Of a stretch of 64,000 nucleotides of DNA, positions 1 through 14,223 are shown piece by piece. The translations under genes were made by a program, and so were the position numbers. Source of the DNA: the human T2T-CHM13v2.0 reference genome, Homo sapiens; assembly GCF_009914755.1 (NCBI RefSeq), contig NC_060944.1; one strand, given 5' to 3'. Positions within the stretch are counted from its first letter, which is position 1; every line of letters starts with the position of its first letter. A model generated the notes under the pieces. It was not told the DNA's origin and made no database searches. It saw only the letters and a program-made list of their open reading frames with translations.

Positions 1-94
1 TAGACTTGGGGGCAAGAGTCCAGTGGGGTGTTGGCCAGAAGGCACATCCAGGAGCCCCACCCCATGTTATATTCAGAATCTCCCTTTCTCTTAG

Positions 95-444
<350 letters not shown>

Positions 445-589
445 TAAGTGTGTTTGGATGCCCCTTCCCTTAGGTTGCGTTATCTCCCAGGGTCCTCTTC
501 AGACCTACAGGCAAACAGGCTCCCTGCAGGCTTTGCCATGCACAGATCAGACACACTGGTGCCATCATCACCTTCGTCACTATCCATCC

Positions 590-797
590 ACATTTATTGA
601 ATGCAGGTATGCCATTTCTCTTCTAATCCTCACAATAACCCTGTCAGATGGGAACAGTGAGTTTTGCCTTTTGCCAGTGAGAAAGGCGAGAACGCAAGGA
701 GTGCATTTCTTGGCATACACTGGCTAGTAAACAATGGGCTTAGATTTGAACCCACATCTATCTGATGCTAGATACAGCACTCTTAACTTCTACTCAG
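590..797 (-). mobile_element. MIR SINE
   Basis: Antisense MIR hallmarks: aatcctcacaataaccct, ctagtaa...gatttgaacccacatctatctga, ctcttaac. Confidence 0.75.
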
Positions 798-1149
798 CCT
801 TGCATTTGCCCTGTACCATCCCAGGAGTCTCAAGAACCAGGAAGCTTTTGCAGAGCTGTTTTGCTCTATTTTGTGTGATGAAACATTACCTTTTATTCTA
901 CAAATACAAAGTTGTATTATGAAACTTTGAAATAAACTTGAAATGTTTGTTTCAAACTATACTCCGTTTTCTCTCTCCCTTAACACATGTGCATATTCAC
1001 ACACACACGTACACACACACATGCACAGACACATTCTCAAAAGTTCTAGTACTCTGACCTTGGTTAAAATCCAGTCCTTGGTCATACAGGTGATTAAGGC
1101 AGAGACACTGCCCTATGAGGTACTAGAGTCTAGTAACAGAAGGGGACAT

Positions 1150-1290
1150 CTTATCAGTGAAGGTTGTTGGGTGTAAGCAACAGAAATGAACTCTGGTAAT
1201 TTAGACAAAAGGATGATTTATTACAAGAGTACTGGCTTGCTCAAAGAATATCAGGAGAGCCAGAGACTCAAGCTCAGTGGCAACATACCA
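1150..1290 (-). mobile_element. old MaLR LTR fragment (MLT1K/L-like)
   Basis: gtaagcaacagaaatgaactctgg...aaaaggatgatttatt resembles the MLT1K/L terminus. Confidence 0.55.
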
Positions 1291-1649
1291 GTCTGGTTCC
1301 AAAAGCCATAGCCCTGCCCATGTAATTATTTTGCCTCTCTGTAGATGTATATTTATTGAATAAATGCCTTAAATGAGGACTTTGCAGGAGGAAATGCAAT
1401 TCCTTGTGGAGTCTCCTATGTGTATGTAAACTACAGAATCACTATTCATCCAGCTTCTTTTTGTGGAAACTATTCCCATGGGAGAGTTTGGAAAAGAGGA
1501 TATGGGGTGAGAAATAAACTTTATTTTCTCCTTCTAATCTCCTTGCATCACCCCATCCTCCCTCTCTGACCTCCCCTGCCCTATCAGGAAGCTGAACAAA
1601 ACTAGGTCCTTGAGAGTTTCTTCCCCCTCAATACTTGGATAGATTCTTT

Positions 1650-2100
1650 GTTATTTAGGGTTCTCCCCAGAAGCAGAACTTGAGATAAAGATTTGAGTAC
1701 AAGTTGTTTATTTGGGAGGTTGTACCAGGAAATACCCAGAAGAAGGTGGGGAAGTGAGCCAGGGAAGGAAAGTTGAGTCATCAAGACAGCTAACGCCATG
1801 GAAGACTGGAGCTTAATGTCTCCTGGAAAACTCTGGAAGCCAGTGGAGAAAAATGCCTCAGAGTTTTTCTTTCTGGGGAGGGAGGGAGTTGGGGTATTTA
1901 TACACCAACATTGTCAGTTGTTGAGGGTAGCTCCTAGAGGACCATTAATTCTTGGTACTTCTGGACTACCGTGCCTATGGCAAACTGGTCTCCAGAGACC
2001 ACAGAAATCCCTTAGGCAAAAAGATGCAGATGCTGCTGATGTTGCAGTCCAGCATCAAGCACTCAGGTGATCAGGGCATGGCCCTGACAGTGACATGCGG
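1650..2100 (-). mobile_element. ERVL solo LTR (LTR16/LTR33 group)
   Basis: gggttctccccagaagcagaacttgagataaagatttgagtacaagttgtttatttgggagg is the antisense 3' end typical of this group. Confidence 0.75.
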
Positions 2101-2854
2101 ATGTCCCTGGGCTACCGACTTCTCTTCCTTAGCAGAGAGAGCTTTGAGTGTTTCCATCCAGCAAAAGCCTTAAGAACCTCCAAATCATCCATCTTTGAGT
2201 TTCAATGTCAAGAAAATATTGGAAGAAAATATTAATGCAAATCTATGCTTTGTCAAGAGTAGTGTTTTGTTATTTTTCTTGAACTATCCCAGATACACTA
2301 TTTCAAATTAGGAAAAGGACAGATTTTTTTTTCTTGAGCAATATCAACTAAAGAGAGGAGGAGGGAAAAGAAAAATTCACTTATCATGGTTTATTTGTTT
2401 CCATGTGATGATAAAAAGATTAAGTCACACAGCTTTTATTTTTCCCCAATGTTTTTCTCTTGCCTTCTGCTATTAGTTGTGTTTCTATTTATTTTAATTA
2501 GAATTTAGCCTTTTATTGAACCTATTTTCTTTCTGTGGTATTTTTATAAGCTGTGTTCAGCAATTCACAGTTTCTAAAACACTAGAGATACTTTTTTTTT
2601 TTCGGACAAGATGATGCACATCATCTGGGCTTGGATCTGGTGGGCTAGTATTCATCTCAAAGGTTATGTTCATCGTAGCAAATGGGACTAAATTTTATTC
2701 TTTAGAATTATTCCAGTTCCAGTACCTGAACACTTAACTTTAAAATTTTTTTACTATTATATTCATTGGGTATTTGTAGTGTATTCTATATACTAGCTGG
2801 TAATATCACCAACACCAACAGTATCTAGTGTTAGATGTTGTTGTACTGTTTCCA

Positions 2855-3030
2855 AGTGTTAGAGTCCTAGCTCTGCCTCTTCCAGCTATGCTGTTTGGGT
2901 GCTTTGCTTTACCTCTCATCAGTTTCTTTACATGTCAGCCTATAAGTTTTTATTTTAAACAGACTTTGTATATATAGAATACTTAGTCCAAAGCCTATAA
3001 CATAGTAAAACATTTGACTCAGGTAAGCTT
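2855..3030 (+). mobile_element. MIR SINE
   Basis: tcctagctctgcctcttccagctatg...acctctc..cagtttc MIR core. Confidence 0.6.
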
Positions 3031-3547
3031 TTATTACAAAACACTGGCATACACACACTCATTTTATTTAAATAGAAATGATACTGTTGGCTTATGTGCA
3101 CCTAATCTTGAATTATCAAGTGACTAATGCATGGTTTGTGTGTGTATATATATAACACACAGAGTCAATAAACAAGTGTATATGAAATATCTGTGAGTCA
3201 TGTTCTCATCTCTATGCCCGTGGTCTTAATTTTGAAATGTCAATTACATCACAGCTTAATGGGTGTACATAGCAGTGTGTCTGAACGTCGTTTGGCTTTC
3301 TCGATCAATATTGACCTAATTTTATCCGGGGTGGCTCTATTTCCCCTCCGTGGTATGTGCACATCTGCAAATCGTCTCAAGGAAATGAAGTTATAGCAAC
3401 ATCTAGAGAATGCAGTATGATGATGATTACTCAGAACTCAATCTCTTTCACCCTGTGCCTCCCTCACCTGCATTAGCCCCATGGCTCACCTCTGTGGGAA
3501 TGGGGAATGACCCTCTTCTTTAGCTCTCTGGTGGTAAAAAGGGAAAT

Positions 3548-3750
3548 GATAACAGGAGTAGCTAACAGTTACTGAGAACTCACCATGGGCAAGCACTTCT
3601 GTGTGAATTCCCTTACTCTCCTGTGTAGCCAGAGCCTTTATTATTGCCATCCGCAGGTGATGGATGAAGAGGTTGACATGAGTGAACACCCAGTGACGTT
3701 GAATAAATACATGGCAGGGCCGAGATTGCAGCCCCAATGGTCAGCTCTAG
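3548..3750 (-). mobile_element. MIR SINE
   Basis: tagctaacagttactgag...gcacttc...ttattgccatccgcaggtgatggatgaaga; degraded MIR. Confidence 0.55.
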
Positions 3751-4009
3751 GGCTTGCCATTTATACAAAATGAACTTTCAGTTTGGGAATAATTTTAGAT
3801 TTGCAGAAAAGTTGCACATATATTATAGTACAAGCTTACTGTTTTAGCCATTGCTTTTTGCTGTTCTTTAAGCCTCTAAGATTTTACCAAATCATGTCAA
3901 CATCACCACCAGCTCATCTAGCTTCTGAAGCATAGATCAATCTAACCTCAATTAGAGGCTCCAATTATCCACATTTAAGGCGCCATCAGAGAACACAATG
4001 CAAAATTTC

Positions 4010-4112
4010 TTCTTTCATTCAACACATAATGATTGACTGCTCTCTATGTCAGTTACGTACCAAGTGGTGAGCAACTCAGTCCAGCTGTTTGTCCTTATGG
4101 GAGGTAGACATT

Positions 4113-4165
<53 letters not shown>

Positions 4166-4400
4166 CAGCTGAGTATAAATTTACAAGAAACAGACATTAG
4201 AGAGCATGCAATAGTGGAGGCTGACCTGGTCTGGGGGACACAGGGCAGGAAAAGATGGTCAGGAAGTTTCCCAAGGAGGTGATGTTTGAGCTGATACTTA
4301 CTTCGAGGGTGAGTGTGAAGGAAAGGATGGAAGTGTGGGAGGGGAAGACTGTTACAGGCAGACAGAACATCTCCTACACAGACTCTGGCATCTGCCATCA
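4010..4400 (-). mobile_element. L2 LINE 3' fragment
   Basis: ttcattcaaca terminus; ggaagtttcccaaggaggtgatgtttgagctga...caggcagacagaaca L2 motifs. Confidence 0.7.
4115..4160. repeat. (AC)23 microsatellite
   Basis: Perfect dinucleotide run. Confidence 0.98.
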
Positions 4401-4870
4401 GCTTGCCTTTAATGAGTTTCTGGCTCAGATATGTAAAAAAAAAAGTCTTCATTTCTTAGAATGCCTTCTAATTCTACCCCCCTTGCAGGCTTCATCTCCT
4501 CTGTGATTTTCTCCTAGGCCCACTCTCTCCTCCCCAGAATTAACCACCCTATACTATATCAGACCACTGTATGTACTTCTATTATTCCATGTAAATACTA
4601 TTTTAATTGCTTTCCTAGAAATACCTGTCTTCTCTACTACATTGATTGCTCCTTGAGAAATATATTTTATTCCTATTTTATATCTCCAAATAATGAATCA
4701 ATAGTATTTATTGAGCAATTCCTATGCATTAGGCACTTTGCTAAATTTTTTCTTGTAATATTTTATTTATTTCTTAGGTCAAACTTGTAGAGTTGTATTA
4801 TTCATTCCCTATCACCCATTTAGCCAGCATTTATTGGGCACCAACCATTGTGTCGGGCACTGTTCTAAAT

Positions 4871-5404
<534 letters not shown>

Positions 5405-5479
5405 TTCTAGATACTGGGGGCACAGCGTGGAAAAAAAAAAAAGACAAAAATCTTTGCCCTGGAGGGCTTGCACAATGCT

Positions 5480-5890
5480 TGTGTCAGAGATGGATAACTT
5501 CAACCTGTGCAATAGCTGTTCTGGGTTTCCTAGCTTCTCTTCCAGTTAGGTGTGGCCATAGGATGGTTCTAACCAATAGAACATGAGTAGGACTAATAAG
5601 GACCATTTCCCTGCCTGGCCCATACAAATCTCCTGTATGTGTTCTTTCATAGCTCTTCCTCTTGCAGGGACATGACCATAGTAAGCTGGAAGCCACTTCT
5701 TGAAGATGGCAGCACTTATCCTGCTGGCCCTGAGTAGCAGTATGGAGCCAAGATTCTTTCTCCCCTTACCACAGGCATACCAATCTGGAACCACTTAGTA
5801 TTGTTGTATCAGCAAGAAATACATGGCAATTGTGTTTGAGCCATTTTTATATTTTTAGGTCAATTTGTGCCATCAGCTAGATTTTCTCTA
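5480..5890 (+). mobile_element. MLT1 (MaLR) LTR
   Basis: cttctcttccagttaggtgtggccat...ttctaaccaatagaacatgag; 3' end tttgtgccatcagctag. Confidence 0.65.
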
Positions 5891-5904
5891 ATGAATGCAG
5901 TTTT

Positions 5905-6660
<756 letters not shown>

Positions 6661-6789
6661 CACATGATGATGACTCAGAACTTACAGTCCAGAGTAAGTT
6701 AAGTCACTTATAGCAAAAATAAGCACTTTTTTCCCTTTATTTTTAAAAATAAAGACATTGTATTTAGTTTGGCAGTGTAATGAAAATAG

Positions 6790-7020
6790 TTGACAGTTAT
6801 AGCAGCACACTATGCGTAGGAGTCTGGGTTTTGTGTTGTATATGTATTAGCTCATTTAAGTCTCCTCACACCACTACAAGTAAAGTGTTATTTTAATTCA
6901 CATTTTATGGATGAGGAACCTGAGACTGATAGAGGTAAAGTGAGTTGCCCAGGGTCTAAAAGTTAGGAAGTGTCAGGCCTGGATCCAAAGCCAGAGAGCT
7001 GGGCCCCAGAATCTGCTTGC
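6790..7020 (-). mobile_element. MIR SINE
   Basis: cattttatggatgaggaacctgagact..agaggtaaagtgagttgcccagggtc MIR core. Confidence 0.8.
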
Positions 7021-7078
7021 TTGAATCCATCTGGTAGATTGCTTCATCTCTGAAATGGGGATAAAATATGTACTTTAG

Positions 7079-7250
7079 AGCTGGGCATGGTAGCAAGCAT
7101 CTATAGTCCCAGCTACTCTGGAGGCTGAGGCAGGAGGATCCCTTGAGCCCAGTAGTTTGAGGCTGCAGGGCACAATGATTGCACCTGTGAATAGCCACTG
7201 CACTTCAGCCTGGGCAACATAGTGAGACCCTGTCTCTAAAATAAATAAAT
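7079..7250 (+). mobile_element. FAM (fossil Alu monomer)
   Basis: Single monomer retaining the 7SL-like gcacctgtgaatagccactgcac segment; (TAAA)n tail. Confidence 0.85.
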
Positions 7251-7327
7251 ACATACACACACTTTATCAGGATAAAGCATGAGAGAGGACGCAAAGTAGT
7301 TTCTGTCTTTATTTTTGTAATTTTTAA

Positions 7328-7612
7328 ACACAGGAACGGAAAACCAAACACTGCATATTCTCACTCATAGGTGGTAGTTGAACAGTGAGAACACATGGAC
7401 ACAGGGAGGGGAACGTCACACACCAGGGGCTGTCAGGGGGTGGGGGGCAAGGGGAGGGAAAGCATTAGGACAAATACCTAATGTATGTGGGGCTTAAAAC
7501 CTAGATGACGGGTTGATGGGTGCAGCAAACCACCATGGCACATGTGTACCTATATAACAAACCTGCACATTCTGCACATGTATCCCAGAACTTAAAGTAA
7601 AATAAAAAAAAA
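7328..7612 (+). mobile_element. L1PA (about PA7-8) 5'-truncated 3' UTR
   Basis: aaaaccaaacactgcatattctcactcatagg, G-rich tract, gtatcccagaacttaaagtaaaataaaaaaaaa. Confidence 0.93.
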
Positions 7613-7869
7613 GCCATAAGTTATATTCCAATATTTAAATAAATTCCAGTGATAGGCTATAATTAATTAAATATAAACTTAAATAATGTGAAGTAATCAT
7701 AATCTGAAATAAAGAATTTTCAAATAAAAAACTTTAGTCAATTTTAATATATGGTAGTCTTTTAATTAATTTTTAAAAATATAGAATAAACAGTAGAATT
7801 CCCTTTTCATTGCTTTGTTGACTCCCTGCTAGCACCTTCACTGCCCAAATAATACTCATTTCGCCAGAG

Positions 7870-8090
7870 GAGGGGGCTGGCAAATATGGGCCACAGACCA
7901 AATCTCTTCCCCCAACATCCACACCTGTTTTTGTAAATAAATTTTATTGGGACCCAGCCACGATCATGCACTTAGTTTTGCTTTTGGGCTATAAGGGCAG
8001 AGTTGAATGGTTATGCCAGAGAGTGGCCCACAAAATTGAAAAAATTAACTATCTGTCCTTTTATGTTAAAAGTTTGCCAACACTTGCTTC
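7870..8090. mobile_element. MER58 MITE
   Basis: gggctggcaaatatgggcc...cctgtttttgtaaataaattttattgg...aaaagtttgccaac. Confidence 0.8.
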
Positions 8091-8099
8091 AGAGCTAAT

Positions 8100-8430
8100 C
8101 AATGTTCAAATTTTATGTCTTCAATTTCATACCTTTTCTCATGTTTTTGCACATGTCTGGGTATGCACATATATATGTAATTACAAAAATACATACCTAT
8201 ACACACATATGTATGCATATGCACACATGCACACATAATATTTTTAGTTAAATGAAGTCATGCTATATAAATGATGTACATAATGTACCTTGGAGATTTT
8301 TCCATATCTGTTCCTATAATGCTACTTTGTTATTTTCTGTAGCGTAGATGTACCATCATTTATTTAATCATTCCCCTACTCTACAGATGAACATAAAGCT
8401 TGTTTCCAATTTCTGTCAACCATCTTGAAT
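8100..8430 (-). mobile_element. old L1M (L1ME-like) 3' fragment
   Basis: ttggagatttttccatatc...tagatgtaccatcatttatttaatcattcccctac...tgtttccaattt. Confidence 0.65.
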
Positions 8431-9515
8431 GAGTAGTCAAAATGTCTTTGAAAACCCAATTGTAGCCACCATTCATTTAATTTGTAAAATTTTGAGTCTT
8501 TTGCAGGAGGGAGGCTAACTTCATTCCATGTTAGAGTTTCTTACACACAGTAAACAGGACCAAAAATATATTCTGCACTTCGGGTCTTAATTATGCATTA
8601 TACACTTAATTAAAATTCACATTGTCAGTAAAAGGTAAGGACTATATTAGATTGTGGTTGTTGGCATCATGATTAATATACATTTAAGCTTTAAAATCTG
8701 TTGTTACATTATGGTAGATTTTCCAGAAAGAAACATGAAGCTTTAAAATGCATTTTTAAAAAGACAGAAGGAGATATGAACTCAGTGGAAGAAATCCAGC
8801 TCATTCTAGAGCAGATGATAGCTATATATAATAAAAAATGGAGCCAAAGTCTCACCTTAATTTGCGTGTAGTTTAAGGCAGGCAGGTTCTTCTCTCTCTT
8901 TCTGAGAATTAGAACTGTATAAAACCAGAGGATGGATGAATGTGCAAGGCATCAAACTCCAGGATAAAACCTGATTTTCTATTTTGCTAAACCAAACACT
9001 CAAGTTTTACTAGTCTTTGTGTCCGCTTTAGGTGGGAGCACTGTTGTTAGTTTCTTCCCAAAGCTTACCTTTCCCTTTGGTCACATTTTTCTAGTTGTTT
9101 TTATTTTTTGACCCTAAAGAGTTTCCCTTTGTTCAGAGACTTGTCTGTGGGCTTGATACGAAGTTTCCACTTTGTTTGGTGTATTTCCATTTATAAGCCG
9201 TGTTTTTCTCACCTTCTCTGCTTCACACTCAGTTTATTTCCATTAAAGATCAAGAAAGTGACTGAAGAGTCTGTTCACATTTTGAGGTGGCCTCAATTTT
9301 ACTCTACTGTTGGCTGGGATCCACCTCTCTCACTCCCCAGCTATTGACTCTTTATTTTCTCTTTTCTGTTTCAACGTTTGGCCATGGAGAATCGTAAAAC
9401 CTTTACTTTTAAATTGTAAGTGTTACCTTTGTTCTTTTAATTTTGTCATCTGCCCTTGTTCTTTTGTTCTTTGTTTTCAGTATTCTGACTTATTGCATCT
9501 CTATGATTATCTTTA

Positions 9516-10068
9516 TGTCAGAGGCATTTAAACCAGAGCGTCTTCATTTTGAATCGGGGCTGGGTAAAATAATACTGAGCCCTACTGGGCTGCATTCCCT
9601 GAAGGTTAGACATTCTAAGTCACAGGATAAGATAGGAGGTTGGCACAAGATACAGGTCATAAAGACCTTGCTGATAAAACAGTTTACAGCAAAGAAGCTG
9701 GCCAAAACCCACCAAAACCAAGATGGCGATGAGAATGACCTCTGGTCCTCGTCACTGCTACACTCCCACCAGCGCCACGATAGTTTACAAATGCCATGCC
9801 AACATCAGGAAGTTACCCTGTATGGTCTAAAAAGGGGAGGCATGAATAATCCACCCCTTGTTTAGCATATCATCAAGAAATAACCATAAAACTGGGCAAC
9901 CAGCAGCCCTCAGGGCTGCTTTGCCAATGGCATAGCCATATCTTTATTCCTTGACTTTCTTAATAAACTTGCTTTCACTTTACTGTATGGATTCACCTTG
10001 AATTCTTTCTTGCATGAGATCCAAGAACCCTCTCTTGGGGTCTGGATAGGGACCCCTTTCCAGTAACA
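9516..10068 (+). mobile_element. MER41A solo LTR (ERV1)
   Basis: TG...CA termini (tgtcagaggc...ccagtaaca), 553 bp, 4-bp TSD ttta (9512-9515 / 10069-10072), AATAAA at 9962; matches recalled MER41A consensus. Confidence 0.9.
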
Positions 10069-10229
10069 TTTATGCCTTGGACAATTTTGAGGTACATATG
10101 AAATATCTGGATAGAAAGTGCAAGTTTTCTGCTAATATAACCCTTCTTTCTTAGTAATTGGACCCACAAAGGTTATCCAGGCACATGAGAATAACATGAC
10201 AAACCCCAGCATTTTTTGTGTGTCTGGGT

Positions 10230-10560
10230 GTGACTATGTGCCTAATTTCTGGCCAGAGTGGTTTAAGTGGAAGTGTTCTTTGCAACTGTTTGGGGGCCTC
10301 TTTGTGTAGAGAGGCCACTTGCTACTCCCTGGCTGGAATGTGGTTGGGTGGTTGGCTGTAGAACGCCTCACTGGGACCTGATGTGGAGGCCACATGTTGG
10401 CCTTGGTAGACTTGATAACTAGAGACACAGTGAGTAACACGGGCTTCTCAGAACATGCTGGGAGATAAACACCAACAGCACCCAAGACCAGAAAATGCCA
10501 CCAGATGCTACTAGAGAGCAAAGTATAGTGACAGGCCAGACTCTGCTTTCTAACATGATT
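10230..10560 (+). mobile_element. MLT1 (MaLR) LTR fragment
   Basis: atgtgcctaatttctggccaga...gtggaagtg; ctggctggaatgtgg. Confidence 0.45.
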
Positions 10561-11374
10561 ATTTTCCAAAATGTCTTGGTCCTTGGACGCTTACCAAAAA
10601 AGAAGGAAGGAGTTTGTGACTGTGTGTATGTGTGTGTGTGCAGAATCCTAAATTGGTTGTGTGTTTAACTCAGAATGATGGCACTTACCTGGAAGTGACT
10701 AAATTTTCTGCCATTAGGTAGATGGAGGGCTTGACATAAAAACAGTTTAAGTGGAGTTACAGAAGAATTTTAAAAGATTTTATTTCTTGCACACTCAAGT
10801 TTGTCTTCTGTGACAATCATAGCCACGATGGGAGTCTGGGCTTAAGAAGGCAGCTGGGAATTGGGGCTGAGGTTTAAGCACGGCAGGAACACTGTCAGAT
10901 TTGTGCTTCCTTCCGAAGTCTGTTTTTCAGGGAGGTTGTGGCCACGTGATGGTCACGGTTGCTTTCATCCTCTCCTGGAGACTCTCAGCTGTCCTACATA
11001 TGTCACTGCATTTTTGCAGAGTCAGATGGTCTTTTCTGAATTATTTTCTATTGTCATCATTTGTGATCTCTGCTATAGCCCTGTCTTTATATATTTGCTT
11101 CAAAATAGGCCCCCAGTCCATTTTTGGAGAGAGTACTTAGATTTGTTCAGTCAAATTTCAGAACTGCAAGTGGCTCAGTCAGTCCAATGACAAAGAACGC
11201 CCCCCCGCCACCCACTGCCAAAATGGAACATGAGTTTTGCTTCAGAAATGAATACATAAAATATGTTACCTTTTCATCCATCTTCTCTCAATTTTATTTG
11301 TTGCTAAAGTGATATTATACAGATATTGAAAGACTTTTTAAAATAAGAAAAAAAAACCCATAACAATGATCTCA

Positions 11375-11960
11375 TTTAAAATTTTTGGTTGAAAGTGACA
11401 AAAACTGAATTGGAACAAGCTCAGATGGAGAAAAAACACACGAGCTTGAGTCACAGAAAAATCCAGGAACAGAATTACTTTTAGATATCACTTCATCTGA
11501 GACTCAAACAATGCTCAAGTAGAATAATCATTTCTTCATTTCTTAGATCTGTTTCCCAATGTGTGGGCATCATTCTTCAGCAGGACCAATGCCTGGGGGT
11601 GCAAAATGGCCATGAGAAACTTTTAGCCTCCTATGCTTTGATTTCAGTAAACTCAGCAGCCTGAGGTTCTCTCTCTCTTAATATTAAAATCAAAGCAAAA
11701 CAAGGAAGTGAGTTTCATATTGGTCTGCTTGTGCTCATGCTCCTGTCTGAACAGATTACCATGGCCAAGACAGTGGAATGACCAGGGTGGTGGGGGCAGG
11801 GGGCGGTCAGGTCTCGGGTATGTGCCCTACTTTGGATCTAAGGGTGGGTTAATTTCTTGGACTCAGTGAGTTAAAGATGATGGACAAGTAGTTCTCTACT
11901 CCCTCCTACCCAATCAGGGTGGCATTCCCAGAAGAATAAATCAATAGACAAAAATAGCAG
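11375..11960 (-). mobile_element. MLT1K-like LTR
   Basis: tttggttgaaagtgacaaaaac start; attggtctgcttgtgctcatgctcctgtctgaacagattaccatggccaag. Confidence 0.6.
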
Positions 11961-12082
11961 AGAGCCACCCAACTGATAATCCCAATCCCCAAAGAGATGA
12001 GAGCTTCCATTCTTCTGTTCCCATTCGTCCATGTTCATAAAGATCACACCCGTATATGCTTATAATTATAATATAGAATAGA

Positions 12083-12305
12083 TCAGAGAACAGCAAACTA
12101 CAGCCCAGGAGCCAAATTTGGCCCATCACTTACTGCTGTAAATAAAGTTTTATTGGAACGTGGCTGTGTCGATTCACTCACATGCCGTCTATAGAAAACA
12201 TCATGCTACAACAGCAGTTCATTAGTTCCAATAGATACTGTTTGGTTCGTGACATCGAAAAGTATTTACTGTTTTGCCCTTCACAGAGAAAATTTACCAT
12301 CCCTG
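12083..12305. mobile_element. MER58A MITE
   Basis: cagcaaactacagcccaggagccaaatttggcc...gtaaataaagttttattggaac...aaaatttaccatccctg. Confidence 0.85.
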
Positions 12306-12539
12306 GGTATATATTAGAATTAGTATTGTGGTTTTTAAAAATTAACAGTTTATTTGTACAACCTCACATGTTTTCAGAGGCTTAATAATTATGATCTGTT
12401 TTGTCTACAGAATACTTCTGTTGGGTTGAATGACTCTCTGCCCCCAGGTAAGGAGAAATACTAGAGGTTTCTTACAGGAACCCCCTCCTTTCATGCATGT
12501 AAGCAAAATGTAGAGGCTCCTTTTAAGCACTTGCTCTGT

Positions 12540-13420
12540 GGCCCCCTAAGCTTAACTCTGCTGAAGCCCTTATCAAACTGTAATTGTATTTTCCTTACAT
12601 AAAATATCCCTAGGGCAAGGACAATGATTCATTAAGAACACATCCATAATATCTAACGCAATGTCAGGCATTCTGTTGTGCACATATCTACTGCCTGTAA
12701 ATTCACAACTTCTGCTGCTGGTGGTGCAAACTGAATCATCCACTACCCTAGTTAAAACTTTCCATGGAAGAAGGATAAGACTGAAAATCCTTAACGTGGT
12801 ATACCAGGTCCCGTGTGATGTGGCCTTGACTTTCTCCTGTAGCCTTCTGCTTTGGCTTTCTTGCTCCAGCCATTCTGGTCTATTTTCCTTTCCTCCAATG
12901 CCCCATGCTCCTTCCTGCCTCAGGGCCTTTGCACAGGCTAGCCTCTCTTTCTGGCCCTCTCTCATGCATACTTTAAGGGAATAGGGTGAGGGACCAATAC
13001 CAAGGCAGCCCATGTGTAATTCTCCTTGTTACATTTATATCACATTATTCCTCTCCATTATTTCATCCCCAAACTTTCATACAAAGGAATACACTCAATG
13101 ACCATTTATGTGTTACCATGTGCTGGGAACTGTTTTAGAATCAGGAATAGTGCAACAGCGAACCAGACAGGTGTAGCCCTGACCACATGGAGCTTATAAT
13201 CTTGCAGAGCTATCAGGCAAGTAATCACCAGATATAATGCAGAGTGACCAGTGGAGTTGGAGGAAAAGGGAAGCAGTACAAGAGTGTAGATGAGGGAAAC
13301 TTCCCAGGTTCGAAGCTCAGGGAAGACTCTCAAAGCCCATGCTGTTAAAGACAACACCGAAGGCCAGGAAGTGCGGGATGGAAGAGCTTACCAAGAGCCT
13401 AGTGAGGGACAGATCCCACT
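12540..13420. mobile_element. cluster of L2 fragments (both orientations)
   Basis: tccttcctgcctcagggcctttgcacaggct (+) and ccatgtgctgggaactgttttag...ccacatggagcttata (-). Confidence 0.65.
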
Positions 13421-13656
13421 GGAGGCCAGGTGAGGCCCCTGGTGCTGTGTCTCAGATCGGGGGTGAGGCAAGTCAGCTGCAGGCCGACTCAGTGTGTTCC
13501 GGTGTTCTGAGGAAATGCTCTGCTCCAAGCCATATCTCTTTCTTACCTTCACTTCTCAGAGGCTGTGGTTTCCTTTTGTTCTTCTTACTATTTCAAGCTT
13601 TCATTACAACCCTGTGGCTTGGTTACAAGCTAGGGTTGGGGTTTGAATTCATGTTC

Positions 13657-13963
13657 TTTTTTTTTTTTTTTTTTTTTTGATACGGAGTCTCGCTCTGTCA
13701 CCCAGGCTGGAGTTCAGTGGTGCAATCTCGGCTCACTGCAACCTCCGCTTCAAGCGATTCTCCTGCCTCTGCCTCCCGAATAGCTGGGATTACAGGTACC
13801 TGCCACCACACCAGACTAAGTTTTATATATATTTATATTTTTTGGTAGAGATGGGGTTTCACCATGTTGGCCAGGCTGGTGTCAAACTCCTGACCTCAAG
13901 TAATCTGCCCACCTTGGTCTCCCAGAGTGGTGGGATTATAGGCGTGAGCCACTGTGCCTGGCC
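13657..13963 (-). mobile_element. AluS
   Basis: Antisense dimer with small internal deletion (ctccgc|ttcaag); TSD gaattcatgt(t)ctt on both sides. Confidence 0.95.
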
Positions 13964-14007
13964 CGAATTCATGTCTTATGCTTCTTTTTGCAAACAATGA
14001 CTTAGGT

Positions 14008-14223
14008 CAGGGGTTGGCTCACTCTTTCTGTAAGAGCCAGAGTTAATATGTTAAGCTTTGTAAGCCCTGCAAGTCTCTGTCATGATTACTTAACTCTGCC
14101 ACATGAAGGAAGCCAAGGGCAGCGGGTAAATGAATGGATGTGGCTATGTTCTAATAAAACTTTATTTAGAAAAATAGGTGGTGGGGCGAATTTGGCCAGA
14201 GAGCTATGGTTTGCTGACTCCTG
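14008..14223. mobile_element. MER58A MITE, complete
   Basis: TIRs caggggttggc / gctgactcctg; 8-bp TSD acttaggt (14000-14007) / acttagat (14224-14231). Confidence 0.9.
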
